From positions 1 through 16,814 of the IMG/VR virus record IMGVR_UViG_2548876962_000006: a stretch of DNA of 16,814 nucleotides; one strand, given 5' to 3'. The notes beneath the pieces are model-generated. The model searched no databases. It had not been told where the DNA came from and saw only the letters and a program-made list of their open reading frames with translations. A program made the translations under genes and the position numbers. Positions 1 to 6,409 of this stretch are shown piece by piece (positions within the stretch are counted from its first letter, which is position 1; every line of letters begins with the position of its first letter). Source of the stretch: a virus. Its lineage: Duplodnaviria > Heunggongvirae > Uroviricota > Caudoviricetes.

Positions 1-519
1 TCCATTCCGGCTGGTTTTAAAGCACTGGCTGACATGAGTCCGTTTGAATCCCTGCTGATTGTGGATTTAGGCGGAACCACGCTGGATGTGGCAAAGGTTC
101 AGGGACAACTGGCAGGTATCAGCCAGGTGTTTTGCGATCCACACGTAGGCGTTTCTCTGATGGCCAATGCCGTACTGTCGGTGATGGCCACTAACGGTAT
201 GCGCACCAGTCACCACATCGCCAATACCATTATCGAACATCGCCATGATGAAGCCTGGCTGCGCCAGCACATCCACAATGACGCACATTACAACAGCCTG
301 ATGGCGGTTATTCGTGAAAAGGAAGAAACACTGAAACAACGTGTACTCCGCGCGCTGGCGAGCTTTTCGGGTTACGGGCGGGTGATGGTTGTCGGTGGAG
401 GGGCGGAGATTGTGGCACCCGCTGTCCGCGAAGCCTGCGGAGTTAATGCGACTTTTATCGCGGACGGGGTGCCACAGTTTGCTCTGGTTAATGGGCTGTA
501 CGCAATGGACAAGGAGTAA
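1..519 (+). CDS. parM: ParM/StbA-like actin-type plasmid segregation ATPase, C-terminal part (5' end lies outside the window)
   Basis: Frame 1 is open from base 1 to the TAA at 517-519. The translation contains actin-fold motifs (LLIVDLGGTTLDVA; RVMVVGGGAEIV) and a C-terminus (FALVNGLYAM) resembling R1 ParM. A parR-like gene follows 4 bp downstream. Confidence 0.7.
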   Translation, partial: SIPAGFKALADMSPFESLLIVDLGGTTLDVAKVQGQLAGISQVFCDPHVGVSLMANAVLSVMATNGMRTSHHIANTIIEHRHDEAWLRQHIHNDAHYNSLMAVIREKEETLKQRVLRALASFSGYGRVMVVGGGAEIVAPAVREACGVNATFIADGVPQFALVNGLYAMDKE

Positions 520-523
520 ACCA

Positions 524-835
524 ATGACGACACCAACCAGACGGATAAGTTTCTATCTGAAGCCTGCAGCCGTCAAGAACGAAAGCGAAGCATGCGCCTG
601 GCTGGACAGCCTTACACCAGAAGCCCGCAAAAGCGGCCAGCGTGTGGCTTTTCTGGCCGGGCTGGCACTTCTGAAGACGAATCCGGCAGAGGCTTACCGG
701 CTGGCTGCATGGGCTGACGATGAGCCGTTACCCGTGACACAGGTCAGAGAGGAAAAAACCAAAGCACAGGCTGCGCCAGAGGCGCAGCCAACCAGCCAGA
801 TGGCCGCAAACATCAGAGCGTTATTCCCCGAATAA
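524..835 (+). CDS. parR: ParR-like centromere-binding adaptor (ribbon-helix-helix)
   Basis: ATG at 524 preceded by AAGGAG at 511-516. The N-terminus (RRISFYLKP...AWLDSLTPEARKSGQRVAFLAGLALL) and C-terminus (IRALFPE) resemble R1 ParR as recalled. The upstream part of the 389-835 ORF overlaps parM and is not used. Confidence 0.65.
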   Translation: MTTPTRRISFYLKPAAVKNESEACAWLDSLTPEARKSGQRVAFLAGLALLKTNPAEAYRLAAWADDEPLPVTQVREEKTKAQAAPEAQPTSQMAANIRALFPE

Positions 836-846
836 GGAGACGTGAT

Positions 847-885
847 AAGGCATGACGGACAGTTTTATTTAGTAAGTCATGCCTT
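847..885. repeat. Perfect 10-bp inverted repeat AAGGCATGAC-N19-GTCATGCCTT between parR and the next gene
   Basis: Read directly: 847-856 aaggcatgac and 876-885 gtcatgcctt are exact reverse complements, separated by an AT-rich 19-bp spacer. Candidate operator or RNA stem-loop; there is no U-tract after it. Confidence 0.6.
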
Positions 886-909
886 CAGAACAGTAAGCAT
901 GAGGCATCC

Positions 910-1110
910 ATGATGAAAAGACTGACATTACTTTTTTCGCTGTTTTTCATTCCGTTGGCGCATTCAACCACGCCGAACTGCGCAACGGAAAAGAGCAACA
1001 CCGTCATCGTTGTCCAGTGCGATGACGGCACGGTGACAATCACCGACTCAAGTAAGGGAAGCGTCCTGGTCTGTCGCAAAGGACACCTCTGTCAGCACAC
1101 TGAACTTTGA
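910..1110 (+). CDS. Small secreted cysteine-rich protein of unknown function (signal peptide plus about 47-aa mature part with 4 Cys)
   Basis: GAGG at 901-904 five nt before ATG 910. N-terminus [19 protein letters not shown] is a typical Sec signal peptide. The mature part has four Cys (C-x17-C...C-x5-C), consistent with a disulfide-bonded periplasmic mini-protein. No family recognised. Confidence 0.5.
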   Translation: MMKRLTLLFSLFFIPLAHSTTPNCATEKSNTVIVVQCDDGTVTITDSSKGSVLVCRKGHLCQHTEL

Positions 1111-1121
1111 AGGAGAAAGAG

Positions 1122-1454
1122 ATGACCACATCGCATTCTGCAATTACCGAGGAAAAAGCCTTCCACATACTCGAACGACTGGAGGCGCTCGCCACAGAGG
1201 AAGAAATCGCCCCGGAGAAACTGGTTGAGTGCTGCCGTGTGATGTTGCGCCGCAAGAACGACATCGCGAGGCTGACATCCTACACATCATCCGTATCTAT
1301 CAGGCAAACGCTTTATTGCAGCTTCTGCAAGAAACCACAGCACGCCATCAAAAAGTTAATTGCCGGGGACGACGTTTTCATCTGCGACGAGTGTGTGGAA
1401 GTGTGCAACAGCGTTATCCGAGAAGAACAAGGAACGCAGGGAGCAGGAAGATGA
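1122..1454 (+). CDS. Stand-alone protein with a C-terminal ClpX-type C4 zinc-binding domain (ZBD)
   Basis: ATG 1122 preceded by AGGAG at 1111-1115. The C-terminal segment [40 protein letters not shown] aligns residue-by-residue with the E. coli ClpX N-domain ([40 protein letters not shown], recalled from memory) including all four Zn-ligand Cys. There is no AAA+ module. The N-terminal 55 aa are acidic/helical and unrecognised. Confidence 0.7.
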   Translation: MTTSHSAITEEKAFHILERLEALATEEEIAPEKLVECCRVMLRRKNDIARLTSYTSSVSIRQTLYCSFCKKPQHAIKKLIAGDDVFICDECVEVCNSVIREEQGTQGAGR

Positions 1455-1520
1455 ATGACGAATTTGACGGCTTTTAATTTTATCGGGGCGCACTGTCGCC
1501 CCCGCACTAAGGAAAACACG

Positions 1521-2045
1521 ATGAAAAAAGATGAATATCTGTTCATGACGAACGCGTTGCGGGTTGGTCTGGCCCCCTGCCCTGTCTCCGTGGAGTCTGT
1601 TGTCGGGAACACGATTTTTCGAACACTGCGCGATCGCGTCTCCGTGAAAATGATTCATCCGCTACCCAAAACCGCCAGCATGATCTATCTGCCGTTGCCC
1701 GACGCGATCCGGCTCATGCGTTCGCTGAAATTTGCGATTTGGATGCAGACACAACTCAACAAAGCAGTACAAAACACCTTCGTTAAGAGATTGATGCCAG
1801 AGCTTGCCGCCAGATGCGCAAAATGCACCAGACCAGCACTTCACTTTGATCTGTCGTTGATTCAACGCGCTGCCGAATCCGAGTTCTACCGACTTACCTT
1901 TATCCGTCATGCGCGACATGAGGACAAAGAGATGCGCCGCCTTTTGAATCTGTTTGTTTTTTCCGTTCGACGCACACGCGTTCAGGTCAATCGCATGATG
2001 CAGGCACAGGAAGAGCTGACGCAACACAAAGGAGTCATCCAATGA
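1521..2045 (+). CDS. Hypothetical basic protein (174 aa), unknown function
   Basis: ATG 1521 preceded by AAGGA at 1509-1513. Its stop overlaps the next start (ATGA at 2042-2045), indicating translational coupling. An alternative start at ATG 1455 (overlapping the upstream stop) is possible. Arg/Lys-rich; no family recognised. Confidence 0.5.
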   Translation: MKKDEYLFMTNALRVGLAPCPVSVESVVGNTIFRTLRDRVSVKMIHPLPKTASMIYLPLPDAIRLMRSLKFAIWMQTQLNKAVQNTFVKRLMPELAARCAKCTRPALHFDLSLIQRAAESEFYRLTFIRHARHEDKEMRRLLNLFVFSVRRTRVQVNRMMQAQEELTQHKGVIQ

Positions 2046-2581
2046 GCAAGATTGACTATCAGGCACTGCGTGAAGCGGCAGAGCAGGCAATACATGATGA
2101 CTGGGGATATGATGCGGATATTTTCCATGAACAGGTGACACCATCGGGTGTGCTGGCGTTGCTGGATGAGAATGAAAGAATGTGCTGCAACCTCATCGCC
2201 CGCAATGGTGAGATTGAAGGGCTTCGAAGGCGGGCTGCTGAACTGGAAAAAATCGCCACGGACTATGCACTTAAATTCCAGAAAGCACAGGATGCACTAA
2301 AGTACGCCGTGTTAATGCGTAACAAAGCGCTTTCTTTTGAAGAGGCGATGCAATGTACAAAAGAAAAATACGAGGGAGTCATAAAAAAACTTGCCAAAAA
2401 CGAGCATCCAGTCTCACCAATACCAAAACCAGAGAATGACAAATTTACCGTATCGATCCCGGACCCAAAGGAGTATTTCATTAACGGCGTATTCCAGCCT
2501 TTGCGATACGAACGGGATGTTGAGCAAGCCATCATAAAGGCAGGCGGAAAAGTCTCGTGGCAGGAGACAGAAGATAATTAG
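2042..2581 (+). CDS. ead/Ea22-like family protein (lambdoid-phage accessory protein)
   Basis: N-terminus MSKIDYQALREAAEQA and the following coiled-coil segment (LLDENERM...GEIEGLRRRAAELEK) are typical of the Ea22-like family found in lambdoid prophage early-left regions. Start is coupled to the upstream gene. Confidence 0.6.
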   Translation: MSKIDYQALREAAEQAIHDDWGYDADIFHEQVTPSGVLALLDENERMCCNLIARNGEIEGLRRRAAELEKIATDYALKFQKAQDALKYAVLMRNKALSFEEAMQCTKEKYEGVIKKLAKNEHPVSPIPKPENDKFTVSIPDPKEYFINGVFQPLRYERDVEQAIIKAGGKVSWQETEDN

Positions 2582-2594
2582 ATCCACGACAAAC

Positions 2595-2620
2595 CAGGGC
2601 GATAATCACACATCGCCCTG
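2595..2620 (+). terminator. GC-rich hairpin (9-bp stem, 8-nt loop) 14 nt after the Ea22-like stop; possible terminator or RNA-processing structure
   Basis: CAGGGCGAT (2595-2603) pairs with ATCGCCCTG (2612-2620). No immediate U-tract; the nearest T-run is at 2647-2654, so intrinsic-terminator status is uncertain. Confidence 0.3.
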
Positions 2621-2621
2621 C

Positions 2622-2648
2622 TGCACAATAGTGCACAAATTTGCACAA
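2622..2648. promoter_or_regulatory. Three direct TGCACAA repeats with exact 10-bp phasing (iteron- or operator-like); a fourth copy at 2714-2720
   Basis: Read directly: TGCACAA at 2622-2628, 2632-2638 and 2642-2648, plus 2714-2720. Nearby are GGATCCGT direct repeats (2692-2699, 2703-2710) and the 14-bp palindrome AAAAACGCGTTTTT (2721-2734). Confidence 0.5.
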
Positions 2649-2962
2649 TTTTTTTGAACGACTTTTTACCCTTCCGGCCCGCGTGGCGGCTGGATCCGTA
2701 AAGGATCCGTGCGTGCACAAAAAAACGCGTTTTTGTTGCGCGCGGGTGCCGGGGGAACAGCCCGCAATTTGGGGTCTGAAAGCACCCTCAGAAAGCGCCA
2801 GAAATGCGGCTGATTGCGCCCCTGACGCGATGTTTTTTGTTGGGGTATCGTGTGTATTGCGCGATCTCATTCGCACTCTGTGGCTTGTTCTGGATGTGTG
2901 GTGCAGTCCGCGCCATTGAGGAGCGTGACAGGATACAGATGACATCAACAGAAGGAGGAGCC

Positions 2963-3466
2963 GTGGGACACTTTGAGGATTTGTGTTGCATTAACCGGGA
3001 TGTGGAAAGAAAGCGTTATCGGGCCACTGAAATCTTACGGGATGAGGCCCGTAGCCTGGTCGGGTTTTATGAGGACTGGCTGGGGCTTCCGTCGCTGTAC
3101 CGCGAACACGAACACGGCGAGTCGCGGCCTTATGTGGAAACAGGCCTGCCCTGTCGGAACGCGGAAGACTTTCGCGCCTGTTCTGTTAATCAAATCCCTG
3201 TCGCAGCAGACGGTATTTTCCATGTGGCCGTGCGTACATGGATTGAATCACTGTCGGGTATTGAGCCGGTTGATATTGTTGTTGCGTTTGAGTTGCATTC
3301 GGTGAGCGAAGCTCGCACTACGCTGAAAGTCACCGTGGAGGATGATGTTTCTGTTCGCGTGAGCATTACTGCGCCGGAAGACAGGAAATGGACGGGGGTG
3401 ACGAAAAGCATGAAAAGACACATCGCCGTCCGTCTGAAAAAACGCGCTCCGTTTGCACTTCGTTAA
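2963..3466 (+). CDS. Hypothetical protein (about 167 aa), unknown function, last gene before the Q stop and cos region
   Basis: Open frame 2804-3466. Best start by RBS is GTG 2963 (AAGGAGGAG at 2952-2960); alternatives are ATG 2939 and ATG 2804, the latter adding a hydrophobic Cys-rich N-terminus. No family recognised. Confidence 0.45.
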   Translation: MGHFEDLCCINRDVERKRYRATEILRDEARSLVGFYEDWLGLPSLYREHEHGESRPYVETGLPCRNAEDFRACSVNQIPVAADGIFHVAVRTWIESLSGIEPVDIVVAFELHSVSEARTTLKVTVEDDVSVRVSITAPEDRKWTGVTKSMKRHIAVRLKKRAPFALR

Positions 3467-3482
3467 GCCGGAGCTGGTGAGT

Positions 3483-3507
3483 CGGGGCATAAATTTTTTA
3501 TGCCCCG
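3483..3507. terminator. Perfect 11-bp-stem hairpin (CGGGGCATAAA-TTT-TTTATGCCCCG) between convergent genes; candidate bidirectional terminator and/or cos-associated structure
   Basis: Read directly. It lies in the 67-bp gap between the plus-strand gene ending 3466 and the minus-strand Q gene ending 3534. No flanking U-tract on either strand. Confidence 0.35.
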
Positions 3508-3533
3508 GCGAAGCAGCAGACAAGCGCAGCGCG

Positions 3534-4583
3534 TCAGGATGTGGGCGGGGCATCCAGCAGTGCGTAAGGGTTAAAGCGGATCACCTCCTCACCCAGCCAG
3601 TCATTAACGTGCTTCATCGCCTCCATCACCGGCATCAGTTCGTTGATCGCAAACACTCTTGCCGCCTTCTCCACATCACCAAATGACCCCTGTCCGCTGG
3701 GCATTGCGCCCATCAGTTGTGGTGGTACGCGGTGAGCAGCCAGCACATCATCGCGGGAGGCCGCCTTGACGTTCATAAACTCATCCCGGGCGGTGATCTG
3801 CTGGAACGGCAGGATTTGCACACCGTCCTTCCCGCCGTTCGGTGCCTGGAGCAGCAGGTTTTTGAATGCCCCACCGCCTCTTGCACCCTGCAACGCTCTT
3901 TCGAGCGCCTGCATGCTTTCGCGGTCAACCTGTGCTGCTCCCACGTAAATAATGCAGCCTGCGTGTGAACCGTTGTCATAGTAGAGTTTGCGAAAACGAT
4001 CTGCCGAATGCGACAGACTGGCAGACAACAGGCCGCCGAGATATTCCGGCATTCCGTACATCTCCTGGTTGATGTCAGGGTTCAGCACATGACAGACGCG
4101 CCCCTGACGGAACTCGTGGTCCTGCTCGCCCGTCTGTACAAACCAGTACACATCCGGCTCAACACCACGACGGACGTATTTTGCCAGGGCATGGCGCAGT
4201 TCCAGTTTTCCGCCCAGCCTGTTGGTGCGCAGTTCAAGAAACGCATTCCCGAAGACAAACCAGTCCAGCGCAAAGGCGGAGAACGCCTGCCGGGACAGCA
4301 GCCGGTGCGGAATGAAGCAGCCCAGAATGGCATTTCGTTTGAAGTACAGCGCCGACTGATGCCACGAGGTCTGCCGGGATGCCCGCGCCAGCCCGTACCA
4401 GTCAACGGGTGTTTCGTAGTACCTGCCGTTACTCAGGCAGTATGCGTTATCCAGCAGGTCGAGCGCGTGCGCATCGTAAGGGCCATCGAACGAGAAAGCG
4501 CTTAGCGACGGCTGGCGGCGCAGTGCCTCTGCCAGCTCCACGCCGTCATCGCGGCGGGTATATTTTCGTTTTTGTTTTTTCAT
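3534..4583 (-). CDS. Q: Portal protein (P2 gpQ homologue)
   Basis: 349-aa ORF, size and position as for P2 Q (about 344 aa), immediately downstream of and overlapping the terminase gene; start codon overlaps the P stop. Confidence 0.9.
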   Translation of the reverse strand: MKKQKRKYTRRDDGVELAEALRRQPSLSAFSFDGPYDAHALDLLDNAYCLSNGRYYETPVDWYGLARASRQTSWHQSALYFKRNAILGCFIPHRLLSRQAFSAFALDWFVFGNAFLELRTNRLGGKLELRHALAKYVRRGVEPDVYWFVQTGEQDHEFRQGRVCHVLNPDINQEMYGMPEYLGGLLSASLSHSADRFRKLYYDNGSHAGCIIYVGAAQVDRESMQALERALQGARGGGAFKNLLLQAPNGGKDGVQILPFQQITARDEFMNVKAASRDDVLAAHRVPPQLMGAMPSGQGSFGDVEKAARVFAINELMPVMEAMKHVNDWLGEEVIRFNPYALLDAPPTS

Positions 4584-6337
4584 CAGAACTCAATCACCCG
4601 CATTCCTGTTGCACCGTCCTCATCGCCCAGCGGCTCGTTAATGACGGCAAGCATGGTTGCCCACGCGAGGTCGCCGTGGTTTACGCCGCGCGTGCGGTCT
4701 GTTTCATACGTTATTGCGCCGCCCGCCGTTTTTGCCTTGCGCACGGCGTTGAATGCCCTGACCAGCTCACGTTCGCCCCGGTCATACTCCCAGCGCCCTG
4801 CACGAATAATCTGCAACATCTTCAGCACAAGCGCGCGTTTGGATGCCAGCGTGAACGTGTACGGTACGGCGGCAGGCCAGAACCGCCGCACTATCTGGTA
4901 CACTGCCTCACCGTTACCGCCGGTCACGTCGATGCCAATGTGCCGGACGTTGTATTTGTGCGTGAACTGCTCAATCACACGGGCCTGCTCTTCAAATTCC
5001 AGCCCCTGCACCTGCAAGGTCTCCACCGTGCGGAATTTGCCGCCCCTGACAGCAGGTGGTACAACAACAGACAGCGCCCCGCTGTCGCCATTACCGCTGC
5101 TGCCGTTAGCGTCGTAGCCAATCCACACGGGACGATTACCCACGGGACGTGCTGCGAACGGTTTCCAGTCATTCCACTCGTCATAGCCATCCACGCCACA
5201 TCCCAGCAGGGCATTAAGATCGAAGGCGGATTCGCCGTCGCTGACAAACTCGCACATGTAGAGATTGCGGAACTCATCCGGCGTGTTCATGTTGCGGATT
5301 TTGTCGATACTGGTGAGCGTCCAGCCCAGGTCCACAGCATCCTGAATCGTCACGATTTGCCGCCACGCACTGTCGGGGCACAGCACTCCACTCTTCAGGG
5401 CGTGATGGGACACATCAATCTCCCTGCGCTCACTGCGTGGTCGCCCTGCATTCCACCGCGCGCCGTTCCAGAACTGAAACGCCTCGTGCATCTCCGATGA
5501 CGGCGTGGAAAAGTAGGTCTGCGTCAGGCCATTCAGCGTGGCCATCGCGCCTGCGACCTTGCGCAGCGTGATGAAGTTCGACACCCAGAAAAATTCGTCA
5601 AAATACAGATTGCCCGTATATGACTGTGCAGTCGCGGCGGATGTCCCCAGAAAATGCAGTTCCGCGCCACTGGAAAGCACAATTTTGTCACCGCCTTTCA
5701 GCTCGACGTCCACAGCCTGTGCCGCCTTCTGAATCACGCTTTTAAACTGAAAGGCCTGACGGCGTGAGGCTGACAAAAAAATCTGGTTTCGCTGGTACGG
5801 ATATTTCACGCGCTCATCCAGCGCACGCAGCAGTGCCTCCTGCGCAAAATACCAGGTCGCGCCTATCTGTCGGGATTTCACAATAATGCGAATATCAACA
5901 CCGGCACGGCGGCAGACTTCCAGCGCCTCATACCAGCGTCGCTGATGTTCTGCCAGCTGACCGGTGATGTGTTCGCGCAGTGCGGCAACCTGCGATTCGG
6001 AAAAATGGTTTTTCAGCTTTCGTTTTCGCGGGCTTTTTTCCGCGCAGCCCTTGCTGTCATTCAGTTTTGCGAGCTGGCGTGTCAGCAGGTCGATTTCCTT
6101 AAAATCACCGCCGCTCTTTTCAGCTTTTGAGGTCAGCTGAACCAGCCGCGCATCAATCGACTGCGTGACCCGCTCCACGGGCGGCGTTTCATCCCATCCG
6201 TCGCGCTTTTTCCACGAATAAATCGTGTTCTGACTGATACCCATCAGCCGCGATATTTCAGCGGGCGGGTAACCCTGCCAGTAAAGCTGTTTTGCCCGCA
6301 GCCTGATGAATGCGTCCTGAATCATGTCGTCTGTCAC
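4583..6337 (-). CDS. P: Terminase large (ATPase/nuclease) subunit (P2 gpP homologue)
   Basis: 584-aa ORF divergent from O, as in P2. The ORF-track start is GTG at 6337 with AGGAG directly adjacent; ATG at 6325 (MIQDAF...) is an alternative start. Confidence 0.9.
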   Translation of the reverse strand: MTDDMIQDAFIRLRAKQLYWQGYPPAEISRLMGISQNTIYSWKKRDGWDETPPVERVTQSIDARLVQLTSKAEKSGGDFKEIDLLTRQLAKLNDSKGCAEKSPRKRKLKNHFSESQVAALREHITGQLAEHQRRWYEALEVCRRAGVDIRIIVKSRQIGATWYFAQEALLRALDERVKYPYQRNQIFLSASRRQAFQFKSVIQKAAQAVDVELKGGDKIVLSSGAELHFLGTSAATAQSYTGNLYFDEFFWVSNFITLRKVAGAMATLNGLTQTYFSTPSSEMHEAFQFWNGARWNAGRPRSERREIDVSHHALKSGVLCPDSAWRQIVTIQDAVDLGWTLTSIDKIRNMNTPDEFRNLYMCEFVSDGESAFDLNALLGCGVDGYDEWNDWKPFAARPVGNRPVWIGYDANGSSGNGDSGALSVVVPPAVRGGKFRTVETLQVQGLEFEEQARVIEQFTHKYNVRHIGIDVTGGNGEAVYQIVRRFWPAAVPYTFTLASKRALVLKMLQIIRAGRWEYDRGERELVRAFNAVRKAKTAGGAITYETDRTRGVNHGDLAWATMLAVINEPLGDEDGATGMRVIEF

Positions 6338-6391
6338 CTCCTGTCATACAGGCTACACGCGCACGTCCCGCCTGTATTCACACCGCACTTT

Positions 6392-6409
6392 GTCGCAACG
6401 CTCTGACAA
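6392..6409. promoter_or_regulatory. TGT-N12-ACA dyad: candidate Ogr/Delta-type late-activator binding site in the divergent P/O promoter region
   Basis: Read directly: TGT at 6392-6394, 12-nt spacer, ACA at 6407-6409, about 70-85 bp upstream of the O start codon (6477). P2-family late promoters carry this element centred near -55. Confidence 0.5.

Noticed and set aside
389-523. N-terminal extension of the parR ORF as listed in the ORF track (389-835)
   Set aside because: The extension overlaps the parM coding region in another frame; a strong AAGGAG RBS precedes the internal ATG at 524, which also starts the ParR-like similarity.
1485-1502. GGGGCG-CACTGT-CGCCCC hairpin as an intrinsic terminator between the ClpX-ZBD gene and the next gene
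   Set aside because: The T-rich run lies upstream, not downstream, of the stem on the plus strand, and the downstream gene appears co-transcribed; more likely an mRNA structure, or coding sequence if the 1455 start is used.
1662-2144. 160-aa minus-strand ORF opposite the basic 174-aa cargo gene
   Set aside because: The plus-strand genes have RBSs and start/stop coupling in operon arrangement; the minus-strand translation is His/Cys-rich and low complexity. Kept as a low-probability alternative only.
2622-2720. CRISPR-like array suggested by the repeated TGCACAA units
   Set aside because: Repeat units are only 7 bp with 3-bp spacers, far below CRISPR repeat and spacer sizes; they look like operator or iteron sites.
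2532-2948. 138-aa minus-strand ORF spanning the regulatory region
   Set aside because: Arg/Ser/Cys-rich low-complexity translation, no RBS, and it covers the repeat-rich intergenic DNA and overlaps the Ea22-like 3' end; likely a chance ORF.
2582-2962. Possible retron msr/msd or other RT-associated ncRNA, since P2-like phages carry retron Ec67 at this hotspot
   Set aside because: There is no reverse-transcriptase-sized ORF or YADD-type motif anywhere in the cargo region, and the flanking genes are too small.
4379-5500. 373-aa plus-strand ORF inside the terminase gene (also 4572-5117 and 4008-4505)
   Set aside because: Antisense shadow ORFs within the confidently assigned Q and P genes, with Pro/Arg/Ala-rich composition typical of out-of-frame GC-rich sequence.
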